A stretch of DNA of 64,000 nt from a virus: positions 143,986-207,985 of the IMG/VR virus record IMGVR_UViG_3300044846_005229; one strand, given 5' to 3'. This document shows, one piece after another, positions 18,150-26,952 of the stretch. Each line of letters opens with the position of its first letter. Within the stretch, counting starts at the first letter, position 1. The notes under the pieces were generated by a model, which was given only the letters and a program-made list of their open reading frames with translations, searched no databases and was not told where the DNA came from. The position numbers and the translations under genes are program-made.

Positions 18150-18372
18150 AGTAAGTATTTATACTTAGTGCTTGGCCAGGGTGGGCACCACCCGATGTCG
18201 TTGACTCCTATAAGTTGGTAAGTATTTATACTTAGTGCTGGTTAGGTTAGGGGCCGTCTAGTGTCGTTGACTTCTGGGGGTTTGTAAGTATTTATACTCA
18301 CTGCCGGCTAAGTCGGAGTCCCCCCGGTGTCGTTGGCTCCCCTCAAGTCAGTAAGTATTTATACTCACTGTT
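18150..18372. repeat. 4 tandem about 62-bp units, each ending in the palindromic motif GTAAGTATTTATACT(T/C)A and containing GTGTCGTTGAC
   Basis: Seen directly; single copies of the palindrome AAGTAT-WW-ATACTT also occur at about 2750, 21525, 23130 and 26640, always just upstream of minus-strand genes. Confidence 0.7.
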
Positions 18373-18527
18373 CAAAAACAAAAAACCTATAATTTTCGGA
18401 GGGGGCGTTAGCCCCCGACTGGTTCGGGCGCCGTAGGCGGTAACCCGAAGCTCAATCCCAGGGTCACCAATCCCCAGGGCTACCATTCCCTAGGCCATCA
18501 ATCCCCCGGCCATCGACCCAACAGCAA

Positions 18528-19913
18528 TCACAAAACCTCAGGTAAAACATAGCCTTTAATTTTCGCAACCCGCTTATTCAAAATAGCCCAATCATCCAAA
18601 TCCTTAAACCTAAAGTGAGCAGACCCCTTCAGGAATACCTTAAACTCAAAGAATCCCCAATCTTGCCATACCCCTGGTTCCAATCGGTCTTTGCCACAAA
18701 CAGGGTCCTTAACGGCATCATAATCTTTGCCAGTCAAAGTAGATAGGACCTTAATTAAGTCCGCTACCTTATAGTAATTAGTCTGATAGGATCTAACAGA
18801 TACGGTCCCCCCACTCCAATCTTTCTCCGCAAAGTACGGCAAAATAAACTTCTTCCCAAATAAATACTGCTCATTGGTCTTCCATCCTTCTACACCATGT
18901 CTATTATCGTGATAATGCTTAGTGAAAGCATCGAAAACTTGCTCTACAGTCCTATCCAATCGCTGATCCTGAGTTGCAATAACGATCTCCAACATCCTGT
19001 AGATATTCCTCATTGTAAACGGAACCTTACTTTGTTGCTCCACAAACCTGTTAATATCTTTAAGCAATTCCGTAGTTGCCAATTTCTCCATTCCCATCTT
19101 ACTAAATACAAATTCCCACGCTGATCTTTGCAGGTCTTTTTGAAAGTCATTCCTTGCTTTTGCCTGGCCATTTTCCGTACAAACAAATGCGATATTTGAT
19201 TTGTAAAATCCGCTCAGCACCCTATTTATACCAACTGCAGACTCAATCTGCCTATCATAAATCCTGCAGGCTTCCACGTATCGGTTGACAATATCCCTAA
19301 CAAAATTATACGGAATCAGACCTTCCCCTTCAGCTTCAATTGCATCGGGACCCATAAAGAACCCATTAAACTCAGCATCAGAACCCAAGGCAGGCTTCCT
19401 AAGGGTAACTAATCCTATTGCCACATCCGTAGAACGCTCCGCACCCTTAAAGACCTCACCCAAGTTCTCAACGTGCCCATAGTTTCTAATTAGGGTCCCC
19501 AATTGCCTACGCGCCAAAGAATATTCATTTCGTACAGTCTCCCAATTACATAATGACACAATTTGACACCCTGGCGGTGCAATCTCGAAGGCATAGTTAA
19601 TATGTTTTTCGTCCCCACTGAAAGGGGGATTCATTATGATGAAGTCCACATGGCTTATTGCTTCCGGTTGAACATCCAGGAAGTCGGTGCCAATTAGTTT
19701 ACATTGTTTTGCTGCCAGGATTGCCCTGAGGTTATCATCAATTTCACACGCCAGAACTTCACTAGCCCCATATTGCAAGCAACCTTCTACCAAATTGCCA
19801 GAACCTGCGGATGGCTCCAGAACAACTTTGCCATTCAAGTCGAATGGGGCTAGCATGTAGGATATTACGTGTTCCGGGGTCGGATAATAGTCTTTGTTGT
19901 TATAGGATGGCAT
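18528..19913 (-). CDS. N6-adenine DNA methyltransferase (motif order X-I-IV: TPEHVISYM ... VLEPSAGSGNL ... IMNPPF) with a large C-terminal region
   Basis: NPPF catalytic motif and FxGxG-like AdoMet motif. Start moved to MPSYNNKDYYPTPEHV; the track N-terminal 49 aa are Pro-rich and probably non-coding. Confidence 0.75.
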   Translation of the reverse strand: MPSYNNKDYYPTPEHVISYMLAPFDLNGKVVLEPSAGSGNLVEGCLQYGASEVLACEIDDNLRAILAAKQCKLIGTDFLDVQPEAISHVDFIIMNPPFSGDEKHINYAFEIAPPGCQIVSLCNWETVRNEYSLARRQLGTLIRNYGHVENLGEVFKGAERSTDVAIGLVTLRKPALGSDAEFNGFFMGPDAIEAEGEGLIPYNFVRDIVNRYVEACRIYDRQIESAVGINRVLSGFYKSNIAFVCTENGQAKARNDFQKDLQRSAWEFVFSKMGMEKLATTELLKDINRFVEQQSKVPFTMRNIYRMLEIVIATQDQRLDRTVEQVFDAFTKHYHDNRHGVEGWKTNEQYLFGKKFILPYFAEKDWSGGTVSVRSYQTNYYKVADLIKVLSTLTGKDYDAVKDPVCGKDRLEPGVWQDWGFFEFKVFLKGSAHFRFKDLDDWAILNKRVAKIKGYVLPEVL

Positions 19914-20096
19914 TGGGTTCCGGTGGGTAATGGTGGGATGACCGGTAGTGGGGGTTAGTGGCGGGGGGAATAGCTGGTAATGAGGGGTAATGGGGAAGGG
20001 TGGATAGGCAGGGTACCAGTTAGTTGCGGTGGGAATGATTGATAGCGACGATGGCCACAAGCGGTCAGACCCCCAAAGTCAACCCAAAGTCAAACC

Positions 20097-20390
20097 TCAG
20101 GCAATAACTTCTAACAATTCTAAATCAAAACAATCGTCAGGCTTCAAGTAGCCGGTTACCTTGACAAAGGAGCCTTCCTTCAATTTAAGGATCTGGCTCT
20201 CATATTCTGTCCCCCAAAACTCGCCGCAAGCCCTGAGAACTTTAGTAGGGCGCGGGTTACGGTTGACAGTCAAATGAAAGAAGACAATATAGGTGCCGCA
20301 ACTAGGATTAACAATCAACCTACTAATTTGGCCCGTAAGGGTAAGGCGATTGAAGCAAAAGTCATCATCGTCGTTGCCGGATTGAGTCAT
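20097..20390 (-). CDS. single OB-fold protein, SSB/PriB-like (97 aa)
   Basis: NRLTLTGQISR...YIVFFHLTVNRNP...EFWGTEYESQILKLKEGSFVKVTGYL follows the SSB OB-fold pattern (weak, pattern-level only). C7T9 tract in the 5' region. Confidence 0.35.
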   Translation of the reverse strand: MTQSGNDDDDFCFNRLTLTGQISRLIVNPSCGTYIVFFHLTVNRNPRPTKVLRACGEFWGTEYESQILKLKEGSFVKVTGYLKPDDCFDLELLEVIA

Positions 20391-20518
20391 TTTTTGGTGG
20401 GAATTGTTACCGTATGAAAAAAAAAGGGGGGGTGACCATTTGGTTTGAACCCACTATAGCACGATGCCAGGGCATCGTTAATTCCTGGCCTAAACCAAAC
20501 AGCAATATTAAAGCAAGG

Positions 20519-21442
20519 TCAAACCCAATCCTCAGCTTCTTTCCGAGTCATATAGAAATGAATACCGTTAGTACACTCAATCCGAATATCGTCATCATAA
20601 CTATCTGCAACCACAATCTCGCCTTCCTCGTATTCAAGGGCATTCCAAGTATGGATAGGGGAGTTGCCGGACCCTTCCAAGACTAAAACATGGGACGCCC
20701 TACATTTCCTACCCACCAATGTAGAAGTTCTCTTAGCATCTTCTGGGATCAGGATTTTGATAACCCCTGTATCAACTTTTTTGAACGCAATAAATGACCC
20801 CTCCTCTGGGACTAATTGAAAGGGGGGAAGAGTTGCACCCCGGAGATCAGCACCCTGGAGAATAGCACCCCGGAGAATAGCACCCCGAAGATTAGCATCC
20901 CGGAGATCAGCATCCTGGAGATCAGCACCCCGGAGATCAGCACCCTGGAGAATAGCACCCCGGAGAATAGCACCCCGGAGATCAGCACCCCGAAGATTAG
21001 CATCCCGGAGATCAGCTTCCTGGAGATTAGCACCCCGGAGATCAGCACCCCGAAGATTAGCATCCCGGAGATTAGCACCCTGGAGATCAGCATCCCGGAG
21101 AATAGCACCCCGGAGATCAGCATCCTGGAGATTAGCACCCCGGAGAATAGCACCCCGGAGATCAGCACCCCGGAGATCAGCATCCCGGAGAATAGCACCC
21201 TGGAGAATAGCACCCTGGAGAATAGCACCCCGGAGATCAGCACCCCAGAGAATAGCACCCTGGAGATCAGCACCCCGAAGATTAGCATCCCGGAGATCAG
21301 CATCCTGGAGATTAGCACCCCGGAGATCAGAAAACGGCCCAATAACGTACTCAGACCCGTTGATTAGCATTGTTTTGGAAGACATTGTTTTTGGAGAATG
21401 GGTATTGGTGGGGGGTTGATTGGGAGCGGTTTGCCCTGGCAA
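20519..21442 (-). CDS. pentapeptide-repeat protein (about 40 A(D/N)LRG repeats) with N- and C-terminal non-repeat domains
   Basis: ORF track; 15-nt DNA periodicity. The opposite-strand and alternative-frame ORFs here (20812..21342, 20816..21367) are repeat artefacts. Palindromic AAGTATAAATAC motif at about 21525 and consensus promoter at 21455-21495. Confidence 0.8.
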   Translation of the reverse strand: MPGQTAPNQPPTNTHSPKTMSSKTMLINGSEYVIGPFSDLRGANLQDADLRDANLRGADLQGAILWGADLRGAILQGAILQGAILRDADLRGADLRGAILRGANLQDADLRGAILRDADLQGANLRDANLRGADLRGANLQEADLRDANLRGADLRGAILRGAILQGADLRGADLQDADLRDANLRGAILRGAILQGADLRGATLPPFQLVPEEGSFIAFKKVDTGVIKILIPEDAKRTSTLVGRKCRASHVLVLEGSGNSPIHTWNALEYEEGEIVVADSYDDDIRIECTNGIHFYMTRKEAEDWV

Positions 21443-21561
21443 CGGGCCCCACTATCTCACTATAGCATGGTGCCGGGGCAGTGTCAACCCCCATAGCTTC
21501 AACCCCTAGGTCAGATAAGTATAAATACCTACCCACCCAAACAGTATAAGCACTAAGGCCA

Positions 21562-21987
21562 TCAGTCTATCCTAACAACAATAACCGCACTCTCCAGCAA
21601 GGTACCATCTGGCAACCTGCAAACTACAGAGCTAGTATAAGCCTTGCGCTTGCGATTACCAATCGAAACCACACCTTCCAGCCGATATCCCGTAGGAAAA
21701 CAACCCTGAAGTTGCCTCTCCCCGTACAACGTATAAGACTCAATGAGTCCACCCTCGCTATGGCAAATCGAAACTGCCGGAGCTTTGAATCCGATAATAG
21801 TATCATGGACTCCGACCTTATCACAAATGCCCCGACAATCTTCTAGGTTAGGGGAAATATATTGTTGCCATTGCGATACAGTAAGGGCCAAGGCGTTTTC
21901 TTTCCAGTGGGCTGTAATCGGCGGTTTTTGCTTTCGTGACTTTGGGGGTTTTGTGGTTTTGGGGGTGCGAAGGCTAAATGTTTGCAT
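21562..21987 (-). CDS. hypothetical protein (141 aa), start moved to MQTFSLRTPK
   Basis: Track 21562..22092 spans the promoter (cccataatagcacgg ... gtcaactcc at 22025-22065). Confidence 0.5.
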   Translation of the reverse strand: MQTFSLRTPKTTKPPKSRKQKPPITAHWKENALALTVSQWQQYISPNLEDCRGICDKVGVHDTIIGFKAPAVSICHSEGGLIESYTLYGERQLQGCFPTGYRLEGVVSIGNRKRKAYTSSVVCRLPDGTLLESAVIVVRID

Positions 21988-22154
21988 AGGTGCAGGTTGG
22001 TTGCTGTTTGGATGCTGTTTGGTTATGGGCCCATAATAGCACGGTGTCAATGCAGTGTCAACTCCGCGTAGCTTTAACCAAACGGCAATCATGGTGCCAA
22101 TGCAGTGTCAACCCCCATAGCTTCAACCAAACAGAAAGCATGATGCCGGGGCAG

Positions 22155-22397
22155 TCAACCCCCGGTGGTCTTACCAATTCGGTAGGCAATAATGGCAACA
22201 TCAACAAGAGCTTCACTCAAGGCATCAACATGAACCTCGTGAAAGTCTAATCTATCGCGGCCCCTACTTTTTAAGGTCGGGATACCTAATCTTTTCTTGG
22301 CAATCTGCTCTAGTTTTCTTTCTAAATTCTGAAAAAGGGGATCATCTAATGGATCGGTGTCAGGTGCCGGGTTACTTACCGAGTGAAGTTCTTCCAT
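22155..22397 (-). CDS. hypothetical protein (80 aa)
   Basis: ORF track; GTCAAC-containing upstream region at 22400-22470. Confidence 0.5.
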   Translation of the reverse strand: MEELHSVSNPAPDTDPLDDPLFQNLERKLEQIAKKRLGIPTLKSRGRDRLDFHEVHVDALSEALVDVAIIAYRIGKTTGG

Positions 22398-22472
22398 TGG
22401 TTGTTGGTTGCTGTTTGGTGACTGTTTGGTTATGAGACTATCCTAGCATCGTGCCGTGGCATTGTCAACCCC

Positions 22473-22688
22473 TTATTTTGCCATCCAGTTTTTACAATTC
22501 CAATCCCCTGGGGTTTTGATGAAAGTACCATTTGTGGCAATTCCACTTTTAACAACTAGCTTCCCATTCGGTTTACCCTTGGGTTGATTAGGAATAGAAA
22601 TAACAATGGAACTAGCCCTAATGCCAGAACAATCACCAATATTGAATCCCCTATAACTCCAATACCTGCATGTTTTACATTTTTTCAT
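22473..22688 (-). CDS. small Cys-rich protein (71 aa; CKTC...DCSG...WNC)
   Basis: Track ORF 22473..22814 overlaps the upstream gene; internal start MKKCKTCRYW chosen. AT-rich. Confidence 0.4.
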   Translation of the reverse strand: MKKCKTCRYWSYRGFNIGDCSGIRASSIVISIPNQPKGKPNGKLVVKSGIATNGTFIKTPGDWNCKNWMAK

Positions 22689-22698
22689 TTTTCTGATC

Positions 22699-23037
22699 TC
22701 AAACATCCAAAAGTTCTCTAATCTGTTCGGCAGTGAGCCTTGAAAGGATAAGCCCTTTTTCCTTTTCACTAAGGTTGTCAATTGTGACTTCTTTTTTCTT
22801 CCTGAGAATCTCAAGACAAGTCAAATACTTAGGATTATCGCCGTATGGAAAGGCACTATCTAAATCTTCATCTAAATCTTCTACACCCTCAATACAATCT
22901 TGAACTTCAATATTTGGGTTCTTATCATTATTAACAATTATATCACGATTTTCGTATGCGACAAAATAGGCATCTCCAAAATCGTCCGCCATGACTATTA
23001 CATCGTAAGTAATCTTTACCGAATAAAGTTTTTTCAT
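22699..23037 (-). CDS. acidic hypothetical protein (112 aa), AT-rich
   Basis: ORF track; palindromic AAGTATAAATACTT at about 23128-23143 and consensus promoter at about 23060-23100. Confidence 0.5.
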   Translation of the reverse strand: MKKLYSVKITYDVIVMADDFGDAYFVAYENRDIIVNNDKNPNIEVQDCIEGVEDLDEDLDSAFPYGDNPKYLTCLEILRKKKEVTIDNLSEKEKGLILSRLTAEQIRELLDV

Positions 23038-23142
23038 TGGTTGTTGGTGGCTGTTTGGTTATGAGACTACCCTAGCATGGTGCCGTGGCATTGTCAACCC
23101 CTTAGAATTGTTAACTACTGTGGGTCAAATAAGTATAAATAC

Positions 23143-24570
23143 TTACCCCGAAACCCTGACATCCCTAATCTCTATACCCTCAGCTTCCAGCAACTCCCGG
23201 AGCCTATCTGCCTCCTTAAAATCACGGTTAGCCCTTGCGATATTACGTTTTTCAATTAGTGCTTGAATACCATCGCTTTTTGGTTTTTGAGGTGCGGGAA
23301 CCTCATGAACTAATCCTAAAATTCCGGCCAATTCACATAAGAGCCTCCAACGATTTAGAATTTCCCTATTTTCATCGCCCGCTGATACGATGGGGCGAGC
23401 CAAATAGAACAATTCCCCGATGGCTACAGACGTATTAAGATCATCATTGAGTGCCGAAATGAAACGATCTTGACTATTTTTTAAGTCTGTAGTTAAAATC
23501 AAGGGTTCATTCGTTTGCTGACTATCGCCATGTTGACTAATTCCATGCCGACTAACATCATGCTGACTAGCCCCATGCCAACTATCACCATGCCAACCAA
23601 ACCCCAATGCAGCATTTAATACTTTCCAACCATTGATCGCGGGCACCATTGCTTCCGAATTAAAATCTATCGGCTTTCTATAGTGGGCTTGTAATACGAA
23701 TAATCTAATGGTCATAGGGCTAATTCCTGATCCAATTAGGTCTCTGATGGTTGTGAAATTCCCTAAGGATTTAGCCATTTTCTCTTCCCCAACCGTGACA
23801 AACCCATTATGAAGCCAATACCTGGCTAGTTCAGCCCCATTGGCGGCCTCCGACTGGGCTATCTCGTTTTCGTGGTGAGGAAAGATCAGGTCGGCTCCGC
23901 CCAAATGAATGTCAATCGTGTCGCCCAACTCCCCGCGCACCATAGCCGAACATTCAATGTGCCAGCCGGGACGGCCCCACCCCCATGGTGACGGGTACCC
24001 ATGGTCAATAGGCATTGCCCCTTTCCAAAGAGCAAAATCAAAAGGGTGGCCCTTCTTTGAGTCGCTATTAACCTGTTGTTGGCCAAGGTTGCGACCACTT
24101 AGTTTCCCGTACCCCTTAAACCCCACAACCGAGAAGTACATATCACCACCCATAGAATAAGCAAACCCTTTATCAGCAAGGTCTTGAATCATGGTGCGGA
24201 TTGCATCAAGACTACGGGTAACCCTTGGCATTTTGTCGGCAGGCAGGATGTTCAATGTGCCCATGTCTTCCTCAAAGGCCTTAATATTGCGCTCACTGAC
24301 GGCCCCGATTGTTACTCCTTCGGAGTTGGCTTTGGCTAGAATTTTATCGTCGATATCCGTATAATTTTGAACAAACGTAACCTCATACCCATGCCACATA
24401 AAATTACGCCTTAAGACATCCCACACGATATAACTACGGGCGTGCCCTAAGTGGCATAGATCATAAACGGTAACACCGCAACAATACATCGACACTTTGC
24501 CTGGAACCAGCGGGATAAACTTCTCTTTGGTTTTAGTTAGGGTGTTGGTTAGGGTAATGTCGTTAATCAT
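23143..24570 (-). CDS. cysS: cysteinyl-tRNA synthetase (class I; HIGH = CHLGHARSY, KMSKS = KMAKSLGN) with a low-complexity insertion WHGDSWHGASQHDVSRHGISQHGDSQQ
   Basis: Full-length alignment-level similarity to CysRS (zinc ligands and anticodon-binding region present). The insertion is encoded by about 15-nt tandem DNA repeats (catgYYgactaRYM) at about 23520-23600. Confidence 0.9.
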   Translation of the reverse strand: MINDITLTNTLTKTKEKFIPLVPGKVSMYCCGVTVYDLCHLGHARSYIVWDVLRRNFMWHGYEVTFVQNYTDIDDKILAKANSEGVTIGAVSERNIKAFEEDMGTLNILPADKMPRVTRSLDAIRTMIQDLADKGFAYSMGGDMYFSVVGFKGYGKLSGRNLGQQQVNSDSKKGHPFDFALWKGAMPIDHGYPSPWGWGRPGWHIECSAMVRGELGDTIDIHLGGADLIFPHHENEIAQSEAANGAELARYWLHNGFVTVGEEKMAKSLGNFTTIRDLIGSGISPMTIRLFVLQAHYRKPIDFNSEAMVPAINGWKVLNAALGFGWHGDSWHGASQHDVSRHGISQHGDSQQTNEPLILTTDLKNSQDRFISALNDDLNTSVAIGELFYLARPIVSAGDENREILNRWRLLCELAGILGLVHEVPAPQKPKSDGIQALIEKRNIARANRDFKEADRLRELLEAEGIEIRDVRVSG

Positions 24571-24588
24571 TGTGTTTTGCAGTATCGA

Positions 24589-24852
24589 TCATTTGTTGAT
24601 TTCCTGTTGATTTCCCGTTGATTGTTGGCATGAAAGAGCCACCCATTTCTCTAAATAAAGAATGTCTTCTTCCGTGAGAGGTTCCAATCCTTCGCAGATT
24701 TTCCTCCAATAATCATTTCCTTGGGGGGTTTCAGACCAAAGGAAGGCATACACTAAGGATTCAAGATCGCCATTAAGAACTTTGATGGCGTCTTCCCGAG
24801 TAAGACTCGGAAGTCTTTCAATTTTGGTTTCCAGTTGTTCGTATTTTTTCAT
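24589..24852 (-). CDS. hypothetical protein (87 aa)
   Basis: ORF track. Confidence 0.5.
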   Translation of the reverse strand: MKKYEQLETKIERLPSLTREDAIKVLNGDLESLVYAFLWSETPQGNDYWRKICEGLEPLTEEDILYLEKWVALSCQQSTGNQQEINK

Positions 24853-24956
24853 GGGGGGTCGATAGTTGGGTTTGTGGTTGCTTTGTGGTTTAGGGCCAAT
24901 CGTAGACTCAATGAGGGCTCAATGTGTACCTATTATAGCATGGTTCCGAAGCAAAA

Positions 24957-25646
24957 TCAATCCCTGCCCTTAGCAAGGTACATCCGGTCAAAAATCATAA
25001 ACGGCAATTCATTATTTGCAGTACCTAAACTACCTTCCACAAACTCAATAATAAGGGCCTGCATTACTTTGGCGTACTCCGGGTGAGACTCCACAAACTT
25101 GATTGCCCCTGGTGTTAATGCCGATGCAATCGTGGATAGGGCTTCGGGTTCCAAGGAATTAGCTTCTTTCGGTGTTTGTTGTGGCCCCTGTTCGGGGTCG
25201 GACGGGCTTGGACCCTTATCTAGAATTTCAATTTCCCTAATATTACGTCCTGTAGAACAATAGTTTTCTCCATCATTGTAATAAAGCAATGTTCCCCTAC
25301 CCTCCGGGTAGAACACATACGAGTTAGTGACATATGGGCGAAGCATCCCAGTGTAAACTTCATTATGACAAGTAGTTACTTTAACTACATTATCAACATA
25401 CTTAGAAAGGTCAATCATTGGTTGAGGTTCAAGGGTTGATAGTTGGATTTTCACAATGTCATTGCGATGGGGGGTCCAGCCGTCGTTGTAACAGCCATCT
25501 ATTTTATAGGATAATCCGCTGATAGTGTAAGGATATGATTCGGAGCTATTGGCTAATAATAGGGTATTAAGAAGAATTTCCCCGTTATGAAGCTCAACAT
25601 CAACTTCTTTGCCGACAAATTGTGAGAGGTTTAGTTTCAGTGCCAT
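24957..25646 (-). CDS. hypothetical protein (229 aa), start moved to MALKLNLSQF
   Basis: Promoter cattgtagcatgg at about 25688-25700 overlaps the track start; C6T8 tract immediately 5' of the ATG. Confidence 0.55.
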   Translation of the reverse strand: MALKLNLSQFVGKEVDVELHNGEILLNTLLLANSSESYPYTISGLSYKIDGCYNDGWTPHRNDIVKIQLSTLEPQPMIDLSKYVDNVVKVTTCHNEVYTGMLRPYVTNSYVFYPEGRGTLLYYNDGENYCSTGRNIREIEILDKGPSPSDPEQGPQQTPKEANSLEPEALSTIASALTPGAIKFVESHPEYAKVMQALIIEFVEGSLGTANNELPFMIFDRMYLAKGRD

Positions 25647-25788
25647 AGTAAAAAAAAGGGGGGTGTATTCGGGGCCCCGTGGCCCCATTGTAGCATGGTA
25701 TTAGGGGGAACGTAAACCCGTCTCTGTCCATGCCTAGCGACTTGCTGTAGGGGGGGTTAGCGATGGGCCGTGTCGTTGGCTCAGGGGG

Positions 25789-26508
25789 TCAACTACCACG
25801 CAGCGCTAACCCACGGCTGCCACCAACCTGAGTATTCAATCCCACTCCATTGGCCGCCTGAGCACCCATTTGGGTTCCACTGCGAGTAACACAGGTACTT
25901 TTAGTTGTAGTGATCTTGCCAAAAGAACCATCGACAAAGGAATTAACTGCTTTCAATTCTCTGGCATCTTTGTCGGCTACCGTAAGTCCGGGGGTTTTAA
26001 TGCCAGTGCCATAGCCATCTCTAGTTTCCTTCATATTACGCAAACGACTACCTATCGTAAGAGCAAAACCCTTTCTAAAATCAGCCTTAAATGACCGTGG
26101 CGAATAGGGATTAGCGGCTTTGGCATTATCCGCCAGCTTAGTCATAACCTCCATGATATACTCAAAGTACAATTCAATTTGAATTTGATTGCCTTTAGAA
26201 GCCACAATCTTTAGGGTAATTCCTTCGCGCCTGCCGCCAAATTGAATGAGTCTACCATTGAAGAATTTTGTAATCGAATTCAAAACCCAGGATTCGGCCT
26301 TATCCATGCGCTTACCCCGGAGAAGATCAATAACGACAACACCATCCCTTTCCGGGTCATAATCTGCGTTGATGTCATTGGCAGTAACACCATGCTGCCT
26401 ACAAAGTTTCTCAAGGAATTCCGTCGCATTGGCAGCTTCGTTTGCATTGGAGGATTCCTGCATCTTCATTACCTTAGCAATTTTGGCCTTGATTTCTGAG
26501 GAGATCAT
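25789..26508 (-). CDS. DUF2786-like protein (239 aa)
   Basis: N-terminal KAKIAKVMKMQESSNANEAANATEFLEKLCRQHG resembles the DUF2786 helical N-terminus (recollection). Start moved to MISSEIKAK after the TATAAT at about 26568-26580. Confidence 0.4.
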   Translation of the reverse strand: MISSEIKAKIAKVMKMQESSNANEAANATEFLEKLCRQHGVTANDINADYDPERDGVVVIDLLRGKRMDKAESWVLNSITKFFNGRLIQFGGRREGITLKIVASKGNQIQIELYFEYIMEVMTKLADNAKAANPYSPRSFKADFRKGFALTIGSRLRNMKETRDGYGTGIKTPGLTVADKDARELKAVNSFVDGSFGKITTTKSTCVTRSGTQMGAQAANGVGLNTQVGGSRGLALRGS

Positions 26509-26649
26509 TTTGATTGTCGGGGAAAGGGAACGGATGGGAACGGGGCACCAAAGCAGCGCCCTCACCCCGTTATTATACCATGCTGGGGAGACCTTGGCAA
26601 GATGCTATCGGGAGTCGTTGACTGTTACGGGTGAGATAAGTATTTATAC

Positions 26650-26952
26650 TCAGTGCCGTTTCTTTGAGTTCCTACCACTGTACCCACTGACTGGGATTGG
26701 GTTACCGTTTAGTTCCCTTTCATCTGCTAAATGCCACGCTATGGCCTCTGCTATTGCGGCTAATTTTTTACGTGCTGGTTTAGTGTAGAGGTGTAATCCT
26801 TCCGTTTCTTTGTTATTTGGGTCTCCTTCAATTTCGGATGTCAATTGGACAAGTTCCTGCTTAGAGTATCTTTTGTAGTATGTGTTTGAAGTTGGTACCA
26901 TGTTAAGGGAAAAAGAAAGGGCCATCGCCATGTAGCAACGACCCCATAGCAA
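26650..26952 (-). CDS. hypothetical protein (about 100 aa; start uncertain)
   Basis: ORF track; palindromic AAGTATTTATACT at about 26636-26650 just downstream. Confidence 0.4.
   Translation of the reverse strand: MLWGRCYMAMALSFSLNMVPTSNTYYKRYSKQELVQLTSEIEGDPNNKETEGLHLYTKPARKKLAAIAEAIAWHLADERELNGNPIPVSGYSGRNSKKRH

Noticed and set aside
18150-18372. Interpreting AGTATAAATACTTAC strictly as T4-type late promoters (gp55-dependent)
   Set aside because: The motif is a perfect palindrome, which is more typical of a dimeric regulator site. No gp55/gp33-like gene is in the window. Left as an open alternative.
20812-21367. Long plus- and minus-strand ORFs (20816..21367 plus, 20812..21342 minus) overlapping the pentapeptide-repeat gene
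   Set aside because: They are alternative-frame readings of a 15-nt periodic DNA repeat (ISTPE..., LISGV... low-complexity products). The pentapeptide frame 20519..21442 has the canonical A(D/N)LRG consensus and a promoter.
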